From Fibrobacteria bacterium (GTDB lineage: Bacteria > Fibrobacterota > Fibrobacteria > UBA11236), in contig JAYTSD010000050.1 in assembly GCA_043745805.1 (NCBI GenBank), positions 1-64,000 of the forward strand: DNA of 64,000 bases, given 5' to 3'. Of the stretch, positions 48,103 through 58,192 are shown piece after piece (the stretch's first letter is position 1; every line of letters begins with the position of its first letter). The position numbers and the translations under genes were made by a program. The notes under the pieces are model-generated. The model saw only the letters and a list, made by a program, of their open reading frames with translations, was not told the origin of the DNA and ran no database searches.

Positions 48103-48801
48103 ATGGATAGAGATTTACGAGAAAAAATTGCTGAAGTACGCAGCCGCATAAAACTTTCTAAAAATGAAGCCGACGTGCAAGAATTGTACGATTTGCTATT
48201 CTCTGCTGGAAAAATTCCAGCCGCGCTTAATGTTTTTGAATTGGCTTTAGGTAAACCTGCTGCCGAAGTTGAAGCACGCATTGAACCTGGCAAACAAGGC
48301 CGTGCTTGTTTTGAAAGAGCTTTAGAATTTGCCGATGGTTATTTGTTTGAGGATGCGGTGCATGGCATTTTAAAAGGCATGACGCTGGGTTATGAAACCT
48401 ATGAAACGCACTATTGCTTGGCTGGTATATATAAAAGTATGGAAAACTGGCCGGCTGCGGAACGTCATTGCCGATTTTCCATAGCGCTCCGCGAAAATTT
48501 TATCCCAACTTACTTATTATTAGCCTCATTACTGAAACGCAAACAACAATTTCAACTTTGTGCCGAACTTTGTCTTAAAAGCATTGGTTTCGATCCGGAT
48601 TGTGCCATTGCCTATTATGATCTAGCCTGTTATTATGCCCTGCAAAGTCTGGAAAATGAGGCTCTATTGGCTTTGGAAAACACTTTAGCCAAAGGCTTTA
48701 GCGATTTTCAATTTTTATTGCGCGATCCGGATTTCGAAACGCTCTGGGCGAATCCTAGGTTTTTACTGCTTTTGCAACTTCATCAAATAAAAAAAACTTG
48801 A
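48103..48801 (+). CDS. TPR protein
   Basis: TPR helices; AYYDLACYYAL...GF.DF....DPDF C-terminal TPR-cap motif. Confidence 0.8.
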   Translation: MDRDLREKIAEVRSRIKLSKNEADVQELYDLLFSAGKIPAALNVFELALGKPAAEVEARIEPGKQGRACFERALEFADGYLFEDAVHGILKGMTLGYETYETHYCLAGIYKSMENWPAAERHCRFSIALRENFIPTYLLLASLLKRKQQFQLCAELCLKSIGFDPDCAIAYYDLACYYALQSLENEALLALENTLAKGFSDFQFLLRDPDFETLWANPRFLLLLQLHQIKKT

Positions 48802-48973
48802 GTTAATTACCCCTTCGAGAGCTAAAGGCTAAAGCCTTGACTTTTTGTTACTTACAAATCCTCCACTCATTGCTATATTGAAGCCACTTTTTTAGCCTCC
48901 CTGATGTGTATAGGTTTCCTTTGCACATCTTGAGCGGATTACATTTCATTTTTTACGAAGGATATTCTGTCTC

Positions 48974-51631
48974 ATGAAAAGAGAGAATGGTTTCCGTTTT
49001 ATAATTTTGCTAGTCGTCATCGGCTTAGCAATCTACAGCTTAGTGCCTTCTGTCATGGTATTCATGAAGAGCAATGATGCTAATTTGCCCCTCGAACAAC
49101 GCGCTCGTGAAATTTACAAGCGTGAAAATCCGAAGACAGCTGCTAAAGCCATCAACTTGGGTCTGGATTTAGCGGGTGGTACGCATATCATTGTGGAAAT
49201 CAATAAAGACAAGCTTGGTAAGAATGAACAAGCGGATGTTACTGATCGCTGTTTGGAAATTATTCGTAATCGCGTTGATCAATTTGGTTTATCCGAACCC
49301 CTTATTAGCAAATCCGGTGAAAACCGTATTGTAGCTGACTTAGCGGGCATGGGTGCGGAAGATGCGAAACAACTTATTGGCGCAACCGCTTTATTAGAAT
49401 TCAAATTAGTTTCGGATCCAGGTGATTTTCGTCCAATACTCGATAAAATCGATGGATTTTTAAGTCATCGCAAGGGTGATGGAACGATGTCCACTCCTGC
49501 AAATGATTCCGCTAAAGCCCTACAAGATGTTTTTGGCAATGTAATTGCCGATTCCACTAAAGCCATTGCGGATTCTAGTAAAAAACCAACTTCCGTTGCT
49601 ACTGCGGACTCTACGCATAAAGATTCTGCCAAAGACACTGCCGCCTCAGCAGCCAATCAAGACTTTGTAAAAAATCGTCCTTTCGCTGCACTATTAGTAG
49701 GCATGGGCCGTGATGTGGGTGTAAAAGTGGAAAATGTTGATAAGGTGAAGAAGCTTTTGGCTGATGTCGATGTGCAAAAATTAATACCTCCTAAATTTCA
49801 ATTCTTGTGGTCAAGAGAAGTTGAAACTCAAGGGGTTGCAAAAGTACGTCGTCTTTATTTACTGAAACACCGTGCCGAAATGACGGGTAATTATATTGCC
49901 GATGCCACTTTTAATCGTGTACAAGGTGGATTTAATTCCGGTGAAATGGAAGTCGCTTTAAGTTTCAAGGGATTAGGTCCTAAAGAATTTGCCCGTATCA
50001 CCGGCGCTAACATAGGTAAACAATTGGCTATCGTACTTGACTCAGTAGTTTATTCAGCACCAGTTATTCAAGGCCGTATAGCGAATGGTCGCGCCTCTAT
50101 TACTGGCGTAAATGGCGTGAATGAGGCAAAACAATTATCGGTCACCTTGCGTGCGGGTTCTTTGCCTGCACCTATGCAAATTGTGGAATTACGTTCAGTG
50201 GGACCAACTTTAGGTGAACAGAATATTAATAAAGGCTTATATGCTGCTTTCATTGCTTTATTCTTGGTCGCTGGCTTTATGTTCCTTTACTATCGCGGCG
50301 CAGGTTTAATCGCAGATTTAGCCTTGGTGCTTAATTTATTTATCACCTTTGCGGTACTCGGTGCCTTCCATGCTACTTTAACCTTGCCAGGTATTGCTGG
50401 TATTGTATTGACTATGGGTATTGCAGTTGACGCTAACGTCCTAATATTCGAACGTATTCGTGAAGAATTACGCGCGGGCCGCAGTGTACGCGCGGCTATT
50501 GATGCCGGTTATCAAAAGGCCTTCAGTGCCATTTTCGATTCTAACTTAACCACTTTCGGAACCGCTTTAATTCTCTGGTATATTGGAACTGGCCCTATTA
50601 AAGGCTTTGGTTTAACCCTGATGATTGGTATTGTCGCTTCCATGTATACGGCTATTGGGGTTACGCATTTGGTTTTCGATTGGATGCTTTCTCGTCGTGA
50701 CATTAAAGAATTGTCAATTGGTAAAGGTATTGCTTGGTTCCATAAGGTTGATTTAAAAGTTATTCCTCGTTCCAAACAATATGTAGGCGTATCGATTGCC
50801 ATTTTATTAATCGCTCTCGGAGCCATTGTGGTACGTGGGTTGAACTTCGGTATTGATTTTACGGGCGGAAATGTTTATCAAGTGAAATTTGATGCGCAAC
50901 CTAATCCCGATGCAATTCGTTCTTCAATTGAGCAAGCTGGTTTTACCGAACCTAAAGTGCAAACCGTGGGAGCCATCAATGATAATGAATTATTGATCTC
51001 TATCACCAAAGCCAAGAGTGATTCTGCTACTAAGCTAGCAGTTCAAAATGCCGTGGGCTCAGGAAAAATTGTAGGCGAAGAAAGTGTTGGACCTACAGTG
51101 GGTAAAGATTTACGCTGGTCAGCTATCAAAGCTATTTTGCTTTCATGGCTCCTAATAATTTTTTATATCTGGTTCCGTTTTGGACGCAATGGATTGGGCT
51201 TTGGTATCGGTGGTGTTTTGGGTATTGCTCATGACAGTCTTATCACCTTGGGTCTTTTCGCTATGTTCGGAAGAGAAATTTCTTTGGATTTTGTGGCCGC
51301 GATTTTGACCATTATCGGTTATTCCTTAAACGATTCGATTATTATTTTCGACCGTATTCGTGAATTGACGGGTGTTGCCAGTTCCAAAGAAAGTTTTGCT
51401 TCGCGCGTAAACAGTGCGAATAATCAATGTTTAAGCCGCAGTATTATTACGCATTTAACTGTGTTATTTACCGTGCTTATTTTAGCTATATTCGGTGGAT
51501 CCTCTATCCGTGATTTTAATATTGCCATGACTATTGGTGTGGTAGTAGGAACTTATTCTACTATCGCTGTAGCTTGTCCATTCGTAGTTTGGTGGGATAG
51601 ACGCCAAACCGCAGCACCAAAAAAAGCCTAA
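48974..51631 (+). CDS. secDF: Fused protein translocase subunit SecDF
   Basis: LGLDLAGG, RNRVDQFG, VGPTLG, AVDANVLIFERIREE, FGIDFTGG, GYSLNDSIIIFDRIRE. Confidence 0.97.
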   Translation: MKRENGFRFIILLVVIGLAIYSLVPSVMVFMKSNDANLPLEQRAREIYKRENPKTAAKAINLGLDLAGGTHIIVEINKDKLGKNEQADVTDRCLEIIRNRVDQFGLSEPLISKSGENRIVADLAGMGAEDAKQLIGATALLEFKLVSDPGDFRPILDKIDGFLSHRKGDGTMSTPANDSAKALQDVFGNVIADSTKAIADSSKKPTSVATADSTHKDSAKDTAASAANQDFVKNRPFAALLVGMGRDVGVKVENVDKVKKLLADVDVQKLIPPKFQFLWSREVETQGVAKVRRLYLLKHRAEMTGNYIADATFNRVQGGFNSGEMEVALSFKGLGPKEFARITGANIGKQLAIVLDSVVYSAPVIQGRIANGRASITGVNGVNEAKQLSVTLRAGSLPAPMQIVELRSVGPTLGEQNINKGLYAAFIALFLVAGFMFLYYRGAGLIADLALVLNLFITFAVLGAFHATLTLPGIAGIVLTMGIAVDANVLIFERIREELRAGRSVRAAIDAGYQKAFSAIFDSNLTTFGTALILWYIGTGPIKGFGLTLMIGIVASMYTAIGVTHLVFDWMLSRRDIKELSIGKGIAWFHKVDLKVIPRSKQYVGVSIAILLIALGAIVVRGLNFGIDFTGGNVYQVKFDAQPNPDAIRSSIEQAGFTEPKVQTVGAINDNELLISITKAKSDSATKLAVQNAVGSGKIVGEESVGPTVGKDLRWSAIKAILLSWLLIIFYIWFRFGRNGLGFGIGGVLGIAHDSLITLGLFAMFGREISLDFVAAILTIIGYSLNDSIIIFDRIRELTGVASSKESFASRVNSANNQCLSRSIITHLTVLFTVLILAIFGGSSIRDFNIAMTIGVVVGTYSTIAVACPFVVWWDRRQTAAPKKA

Positions 51632-51657
51632 GCTTTTAAAAGGCTTTAAGCAGCATT

Positions 51658-51699
51658 AAATAAAAAAAAGGAAGAGCTAACTCTTCCTTTTTTTTATTT
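51658..51699. terminator. Bidirectional rho-independent terminator
   Basis: A-tract GGAAGAG-CTAA-CTCTTCC T-tract between convergent genes. Confidence 0.9.
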
Positions 51700-51759
51700 C
51701 CGTTTTTTACGAGTCTTGATTTTTAATACTGTAATATATTTCGCTCTCTGTTGAACAGT

Positions 51760-52263
51760 TTAAATTTCGGAACGACCGAGTAAATTAAAAAACTGCAAAG
51801 CCATTTTGGTAATTAAAGGATCCCATTCGCTGGTAAACTTATTATGCCGGATAGTATCTAACCCTTCGCGCGCATAAAGTTCACTACTGTCAAAGTTACC
51901 CAAGAGAATATGGATTTCAGCAATAATTTTATCGAGTTCTAACCAAGTTAAAACATAAGAAGAACGATTTTTTTCATCGGCCATAGTCTTGGCAATATGA
52001 CGAGCTTGGCAATAATAAAATAAAGCATTTGCCGCATCCTTTTGGCTTTGTGCTAAATGAATAGTGTCTTCCAAAATTTCATGGGTGGGATCCCAGCCTT
52101 CGGCATAAAGATACGCTCCCGGATCAATACTTTTTCCAGGGAGGGTTTGCTCGGAAACAGGAGTAAAATCGGGCTTAGTGGACGCCTCTTCATTTTTGGG
52201 AAAAAGCGCCGAGGTCTCTTCGACGAGACTTAACCAAGTGGAACGTGGACTAAAGTAGGACAT
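51760..52263 (-). CDS. Hypothetical helical protein
   Basis: 167 aa ORF with GGAGG RBS. Confidence 0.7.
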   Translation of the reverse strand: MSYFSPRSTWLSLVEETSALFPKNEEASTKPDFTPVSEQTLPGKSIDPGAYLYAEGWDPTHEILEDTIHLAQSQKDAANALFYYCQARHIAKTMADEKNRSSYVLTWLELDKIIAEIHILLGNFDSSELYAREGLDTIRHNKFTSEWDPLITKMALQFFNLLGRSEI

Positions 52264-52523
52264 TATATTGTACCTCCATACTTAAGAGCATACAATATAT
52301 TGTGATCGTGAGTCCATCTTTCCCTGTAAAATTTAAGCCTGCTTGGCGGTTTCTATTTGCTTTGAGATCAACCACTTAAAGCTTTAAGGGGATATTTGGA
52401 AATTTATGTTCTAAGGGTTTTTAAGGATAAATTTTAGTCTTTGTTGAAGTGATTTATCCCTAGTAAAGAGAAAAATACTGCCATAGATTTATGCGACCAT
52501 TTATTGCCAAAAATTGGGGGTAT

Positions 52524-52551
52524 AAAAAAAGGCCTGCAATGAGCAGGCCTT
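52524..52551 (-). terminator. Rho-independent terminator of the rlmN operon
   Basis: AAGGCCTGC-TCATT-GCAGGCC followed by a T-tract on the minus strand. Confidence 0.8.
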
Positions 52552-52580
52552 AGTCACTTCCAAGAGTCGTAACCTATTAG

Positions 52581-53189
52581 TTACGCAGGTTTTTTCAAAA
52601 TCCAAATCTGCTCTTTGCCGATACGGTCTTTGGTACTTTTCTTAGGAATGATTTTTTCCGCAACTTCAAAAACGCCATCAAGACGAGCCATCAGCTCCCC
52701 TTCGGAAGTAGGATGCGGCGGCCCTTCCAAGGAGGTAGATTTAATGAGTGGGTAAAATAGGGCGACAACAATACCGTTCGGTTGCAGCATTTTATCCCAT
52801 ACTTCGAAATATTCATCACGACGACCAGGATGCACCGCATTAAAGCAGCCATATTCAAATATGATATCAAAAGGCTGCGTGCTTTTTGGCGTTAACTCGA
52901 ATAAATCAATATTAAGCACCGAAAGTTTTGGGTGCTTTTCGGCTAAGCCAGTTAAAATGGAATAGGCTGTTTGTGAAAAGTCTACCGCTAAAGTTTCATG
53001 CCCGCGATTGGCCCATGCAATAGCATCGTGACCACGACCTGCTCCAGGAACCAATACACGACCGGTTTTGGGACAAGAGGGATGTTTGAAGAACTCCAAG
53101 AGAGGTGGACTAACCTCTCCCAAATCCCAAACATCTTTACTGTTTTGATAAAGTTTTTCCCAATATTCTGGTAAGTTTTGTGTAAGCAT
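52581..53189 (-). CDS. Thiopurine S-methyltransferase-family SAM methyltransferase
   Basis: YW...Y.....WDLGEVSPPL, VLVPGAGRGHDA, AVDFS, DLF, GPP; start overlaps the rlmN stop. Confidence 0.85.
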   Translation of the reverse strand: MLTQNLPEYWEKLYQNSKDVWDLGEVSPPLLEFFKHPSCPKTGRVLVPGAGRGHDAIAWANRGHETLAVDFSQTAYSILTGLAEKHPKLSVLNIDLFELTPKSTQPFDIIFEYGCFNAVHPGRRDEYFEVWDKMLQPNGIVVALFYPLIKSTSLEGPPHPTSEGELMARLDGVFEVAEKIIPKKSTKDRIGKEQIWILKKPA

Positions 53190-54232
53190 CAAGCTACCTT
53201 CTTCTGTTCTTTGGCAAGTTGTCCGCAAGCTGCGAAAATATCGGATCCACGAGGTTTGCGGCGCAAAACCTCGAAATCACCTTGGGCCAGAATTTTTTCA
53301 AATTCTGCGATTTCTTTTTCTGATGGGGGCTGCAATTCGGGATCCTCACCTTTATTGAGGGGGATTAAATTGATTTTACAGTTGCGTTGCGAGGCTATTT
53401 GTTTTAGTTCTCGTGCAGCCTCTGGAGTGCAGGTTTTCCCTTTAATAAGAATGTATTCGAAAGTGAGTTTTTGTCCGGTTTCGCGAATATAGGAGTCCGC
53501 GATTTCTAGTAATGTTTCTAATGGATAACGACGATTTACCGGCATTAAAGAAGAGCGCAAAGCATTGTTACTACCGTTTAAACTAATAGCTAATTTAAAA
53601 CTGGGTGCGCGTTTGCCCCATTCTGTAATTTTGGGCGCTACACCGGAAGTGGAAACGGTGATTTTATGTTTACTGATATTAAAACCATCGGGGCTATTTA
53701 AGGTTTCACAAGCCAATGCCACATTTTCCAAATTGAGTAAAGGCTCACCCATGCCCATAAAAATCACATTACTAATACGTCCCGAAATTTCGGTTACATA
53801 ACGATTCGCAAAATGAACTTGTTCGAGTATTTCGCCTAAAGTTAAATTACGAATAAACCCCATCGTGGCGGTGCGACAAAAGGTGCAGCCCATGGCGCAC
53901 CCGATTTGTGAAGAAACACAAAGAGAATTTCGGCCTTCGCTGGGAATGAAAACCGATTCGAAGAAATGGCCGTCCCAAGTTTCAAAGGCCCATTTTATAG
54001 TGCCGTCAATGGATTTTTGCTCTGCATTGACCTTAAGTGTGGAGCAAGTGGTGACTTCTTCCAGTTTTTGTAAAAAATCTTTAGGTAAATTGGTCATGCG
54101 ATCAAATCGGTTTTCCAAATTTTGAAAAATCCAATTGCGTAATTGCTTGGCACGGAAAACGGGTTGCCCTAAGGTTTCCACTAAGCTTTGCAATTCCCGC
54201 CATTCAAGGGATAAAAGGTGGGTTTTCTGCAT
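53189..54232 (-). CDS. rlmN: 23S rRNA/tRNA m2A methyltransferase RlmN
   Basis: CVSSQIGCAMGCTFC, FMGMGEPL, TVSTSG, FEYILI, DIFAACGQL; start reassigned to MQKTHLL. Confidence 0.96.
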   Translation of the reverse strand: MQKTHLLSLEWRELQSLVETLGQPVFRAKQLRNWIFQNLENRFDRMTNLPKDFLQKLEEVTTCSTLKVNAEQKSIDGTIKWAFETWDGHFFESVFIPSEGRNSLCVSSQIGCAMGCTFCRTATMGFIRNLTLGEILEQVHFANRYVTEISGRISNVIFMGMGEPLLNLENVALACETLNSPDGFNISKHKITVSTSGVAPKITEWGKRAPSFKLAISLNGSNNALRSSLMPVNRRYPLETLLEIADSYIRETGQKLTFEYILIKGKTCTPEAARELKQIASQRNCKINLIPLNKGEDPELQPPSEKEIAEFEKILAQGDFEVLRRKPRGSDIFAACGQLAKEQKKVA

Positions 54233-54332
54233 AATCGAATGCGCAAATATAGCAAAAAATAGCGAAGTTATACTCAAACTCTGTAAATGCCTATTTCGAA
54301 AGCCTTTATTTACCTTTAATCCTAGAGTATTT

Positions 54333-54860
54333 ATGGATGATTCAGTAAAAAATGTAGGCCCTGATGCAGAAGCCGCGGTTGCGGTCATTTTATTTGTGAG
54401 TGAAGACCCGCAAATATTATTGTTACGTCGCGCGCAAAACCCTGCCGATCCTTGGTCGGGACATTGGGCGCTTCCTGGAGGCCGCAAAGAAAAGGACGAT
54501 GGGGATTTATTAGCGACTTGTATACGGGAAGCAAAAGAAGAATGTGGTTGTGTTTTATCGGAACGATCTTTATTACAAACTTTGCCTATGGCCGAAGCGG
54601 GAGGTCGCAAATATTTGATGCGTGTGCAGCCCTTTGTTTTTTCGGTATTAGAAAAGCCCGCATTGGAATTGGACGAAGAAGAAATAGCCGGTTTTCATTG
54701 GTTATCGCATTCGGTTTGGCGAGACAAAAGCAATCATGTTCAGCGTGTACTTAGCCCTTATTTTGAGAATAAAGAATTTCCTTGTTTACCTTTGGATGAA
54801 GCGATTCCTCTTTGGGGGTTTACTTATGAATTAATTAAAAAAGTATGGAAAAGTGATTGA
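54333..54860 (+). CDS. Nudix hydrolase (CoA pyrophosphatase-like)
   Basis: DPWSGHWALPGGRKE...TCIREAKEECG Nudix box, LWGFT. Confidence 0.88.
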   Translation: MDDSVKNVGPDAEAAVAVILFVSEDPQILLLRRAQNPADPWSGHWALPGGRKEKDDGDLLATCIREAKEECGCVLSERSLLQTLPMAEAGGRKYLMRVQPFVFSVLEKPALELDEEEIAGFHWLSHSVWRDKSNHVQRVLSPYFENKEFPCLPLDEAIPLWGFTYELIKKVWKSD

Positions 54861-55510
54861 TGCAAAAAATTTTATTGTTGGATTATGATCACACCTTTTA
54901 CGCTTCAACGCATCCCACCTTATGGGAGCTAGATAAACGTATTAATTTATACATACACACCTTTTTAAATTTTTCCTTGGAAGACGCTACAAAATTACGC
55001 TCGGATTTATGCCGACAATACGGAACCACTTTACAAGGGTTACAAGAGTGTTACGGTACAGAAAAGCATCATTACTGTGATTTTATTCACCAAGTGGAAG
55101 ATGAATTTCTCCCGCCTCCCAATCCCTTATTAGACAAATGGTTAAATGCGTTGGACGTCCCTTGTTATTTGTTCACTAATGCGAGACGGGATTGGGTGGA
55201 TAGAGGGTTTGCATCTATGCAGGTAAAGCCTTTTGCACAGGGGATTTTGGATATTGATTTCATGGACTGGGAAGGTAAGCCTCACGTTACGGCATATCAT
55301 AAAGTAGAAACATATTTAAAAAGTATTTATGGCGAAGATTTGCAATTTGTTTTTGCCGATGATAAAGTGGAAAATTTGTTAACTGCACAGGCACGTCATT
55401 GGATCACCATTTGGATTAAAGGGCATCATGAAGACGCGGTTCAGGAAAATTATGGATTTAACCAAACACTATCGCATTTAACTGAATTAAATATCGCTGA
55501 TCTTCCGTGA
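54857..55510 (+). CDS. HAD-family pyrimidine 5'-nucleotidase-like hydrolase
   Basis: DYDHTFY, YGTTL.GL, FTNA, KP, FADDKVENL. Confidence 0.85.
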   Translation: MMQKILLLDYDHTFYASTHPTLWELDKRINLYIHTFLNFSLEDATKLRSDLCRQYGTTLQGLQECYGTEKHHYCDFIHQVEDEFLPPPNPLLDKWLNALDVPCYLFTNARRDWVDRGFASMQVKPFAQGILDIDFMDWEGKPHVTAYHKVETYLKSIYGEDLQFVFADDKVENLLTAQARHWITIWIKGHHEDAVQENYGFNQTLSHLTELNIADLP

Positions 55511-56622
55511 AAATTTTTGTTTGTGCGGGTGAAGCATCGGGAGATGTGATTTTAGCAAAGGTTTTGGCGTGCCTAAAAAATATTGAACCCCCCATAGAAA
55601 TAATAGGATTGGGCGGCGAGGCTTGTATTAAGCAGGGCTTACATTCTTTTTTTCCCATGCAAAAATTGGCTATTAATGGAGTGTGGGATGTACTGAAAAA
55701 CGGATTGTTTTGTTTACAAGTATTTTTTAAAGTAAGAAAAGAGCTCAAAGACTTTGCCCCAGAGGCTTTGATTTTGGTGGATTATCCGGGTTTAAATTTA
55801 CGTCTTTTACGCTATGCTAAAAAAAACAATATTCCTTGTTATTATATTGCGCCGCCTCAATGGTGGGCTTACAAGAATGGAGGATCAAAGCTTAAGCGTT
55901 ACGGTAATTTTTTTTCAGAGGCTCATGTGCATGTTTTATACCCCTTTGAAAACGTGCTCTTTAAGCCTTTAGCTAAAACGGTTACGGTGGGAAATTTTTT
56001 GAATTATAGTGAACAAAAATCAGCCACTAAAAATGCACTGGGATTATTTCCAGGAAGTCGATTAGGAGTGTTAAAAAGAAATCTTCCGCTTTGGTTGACC
56101 TATATACAAGCACATCGCCAGCAATTTATGAATGAGAATATTTACATACTTGTTCCTGCCTTTTTACAAGGTATCGCGCAAAAAATAACTGAATCCTTTA
56201 CGAATATTAATGAACTTCATGATCCCCATTTTAGGGTAATTACCGATAAAAAAACTATGCTGAATCAAATCACATATGCTTGGGTATTTCCAGGAACCAT
56301 GAGTTTGGAGCTAGCTGTAACTGGCATACCTCACATAATTTTAGGGATTGTAGATTTCGTCACATTTTGGTGGGGGAAGAAAGCTTTGCGTTCATCCCTA
56401 GTGGGATTGGCCAATATGGTTTTACCAAAACCAGTCTTTCCAGAATATGTGGGTGACCTAAAAGCTTGGAAGTCATGGCAATCTTTGGATTTTAAAACCA
56501 TATGTCTGCGTCAAGCGGGTTTAAATCAAAGTACGACTTTAAAAATTATTTTAGGTAATAATGACGGGGATCAGCAGTTGGTAAAACATTTTTTTCACGA
56601 CTTTAAAAACAAAGTTGGTTAA
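55507..56622 (+). CDS. lpxB: Lipid-A-disaccharide synthase
   Basis: AGEASGD, VDYPGLN, PQWWA, YPFE, LFPGSR, GTMSLE, GLAN. Confidence 0.85.
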   Translation: MKIFVCAGEASGDVILAKVLACLKNIEPPIEIIGLGGEACIKQGLHSFFPMQKLAINGVWDVLKNGLFCLQVFFKVRKELKDFAPEALILVDYPGLNLRLLRYAKKNNIPCYYIAPPQWWAYKNGGSKLKRYGNFFSEAHVHVLYPFENVLFKPLAKTVTVGNFLNYSEQKSATKNALGLFPGSRLGVLKRNLPLWLTYIQAHRQQFMNENIYILVPAFLQGIAQKITESFTNINELHDPHFRVITDKKTMLNQITYAWVFPGTMSLELAVTGIPHIILGIVDFVTFWWGKKALRSSLVGLANMVLPKPVFPEYVGDLKAWKSWQSLDFKTICLRQAGLNQSTTLKIILGNNDGDQQLVKHFFHDFKNKVG

Positions 56623-56677
56623 AAACTGGTAAAATTTTATGGTTTTTTATTGTAACCATCCTTTATAATTCAAAGGT

Positions 56678-58132
56678 ATGAGCGAAGAATCATCAAAACC
56701 TCTAGAAACATCCAAAGAAGATCCCAAAGAACGTTTTGAGAGACTCGTCGAAATGAGTGTTTCTTCTGAACGAGCGACGTTTATGATCAAGTCAGCTATT
56801 ATTAAAGATGGCTTGGTGATTACGCGCAGCGACATCGAAACCAAACTCAAACAAATTAAGGTAACTCATGGGTTACGATTAAATGTAATTGATGAAGTCT
56901 TATCCAAAAAACTTTATGATATTCCCCATGTGGTTGCGGTTCAATTGTTACCTGTTGAGGGTAATCATGCCAGCATTGACGAAAAGATAAAAGTGGCGGG
57001 TGATGCAAAGCCTGTGGTAATGGAAGATGGCCATGCCGACTACAAAAACATTGACAATATTCATCAAGCCAAAAGTGGAACCGTATTAGCTGTTAAAACG
57101 CCTATGCTTGCGGGGACCGATGGCTATGATGTTTATGGCAAAACTATTGCGGCAAAACCTGTAAGTGACGCGCAATTAATGGCAGGACTAAATACCGTCA
57201 TCTCACCTGATGGCCTACAGCTGATAGCACAAAAGGGCGGATATCTTTATTATGATAAGGGCTTTGTGTGTATTGGTGAAACGTATGTGGTTAAAGGAGA
57301 TGTTGGTTTTAAAACGGGAAATATACGTTACCATGGTTCCATACAAATACAAGGCAATGTAGCCGATGATTTTATTGTGGAAGCCGATGGTGATGTGATT
57401 ATAGAAGGCAATGTCGATGCGGCGAAAATTATTTCGCATGAAGGCAGCATTGAAATAAAGCAAGCTTTTTTTGGACATGGTAAGGCTAAGTTAAAGGCAG
57501 CGAAAAATATTAAAGTTATTAGTGTACAAGATGCGCAAATGGAAGCTGGCGAAATTGTTGAAGTCGTTAAAAGTATGTGTAACTGTACGGTTATTTGTGA
57601 TGAATTTCAGGGCGCGCGAGCGGGGTGCATTGTTTTTGGCGGATCGATAAAAGCTTATAAAAACATTTTCCTTGCAGCAGTGGGTTGCGAAGGAAATCGC
57701 ACCGATTTAAAAGTAGTGGATAAGGAAACGGAAGTTTTTCGCTTACGCTTAGTGGAGGTTAATATTGAGCATGGGAAATATGATCAAGTTTACGAACCCT
57801 TAGATAAAAAATTTCGTAGCATGGCAGCTATGGCCAAAAAATTTGGAGCCAATGTTCCTCCCAAGGCGCAAGTAGAGTTGAAAACTTTAGCAACCCAATG
57901 TGCGGCGGTTAAGAAAAAGCTCGAACAATTGGAACAAGAAAAAATAGAGTTAACCACAAAAGTAAAGTCAACCAAAGCTTTATCTGGTAAGGTTGCCGTT
58001 ACGGAAAGAGTGATTTGGGGAACTCATTTGGAGCTTTATAATTTGAATAAAGAATTAGGGGCCGAGGATATTAAAAAGCAATTGACTTGGAGCCACGAAG
58101 GCATTGCAGCGCTGTCTTTACCTGGCGCTTAA
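56678..58132 (+). CDS. DUF342/FapA family flagellar assembly protein
   Basis: DGHADYKN, G.DVYG, VKGDVGFKTGNIRYHGSIQIQGNV beta-helix, coiled coil. Confidence 0.88.
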   Translation: MSEESSKPLETSKEDPKERFERLVEMSVSSERATFMIKSAIIKDGLVITRSDIETKLKQIKVTHGLRLNVIDEVLSKKLYDIPHVVAVQLLPVEGNHASIDEKIKVAGDAKPVVMEDGHADYKNIDNIHQAKSGTVLAVKTPMLAGTDGYDVYGKTIAAKPVSDAQLMAGLNTVISPDGLQLIAQKGGYLYYDKGFVCIGETYVVKGDVGFKTGNIRYHGSIQIQGNVADDFIVEADGDVIIEGNVDAAKIISHEGSIEIKQAFFGHGKAKLKAAKNIKVISVQDAQMEAGEIVEVVKSMCNCTVICDEFQGARAGCIVFGGSIKAYKNIFLAAVGCEGNRTDLKVVDKETEVFRLRLVEVNIEHGKYDQVYEPLDKKFRSMAAMAKKFGANVPPKAQVELKTLATQCAAVKKKLEQLEQEKIELTTKVKSTKALSGKVAVTERVIWGTHLELYNLNKELGAEDIKKQLTWSHEGIAALSLPGA

Positions 58133-58192
58133 AACTTTTATTATAAACGCCTAGGTACCCTTAGGTTTCGCGATATCCACAGCATACCCTTT

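Noticed and set aside
54233..54610. 126-aa N-terminal extension of RlmN in the ORF track
   Set aside because: Antisense to the Nudix gene; RlmN-like sequence begins at ATG 54232.
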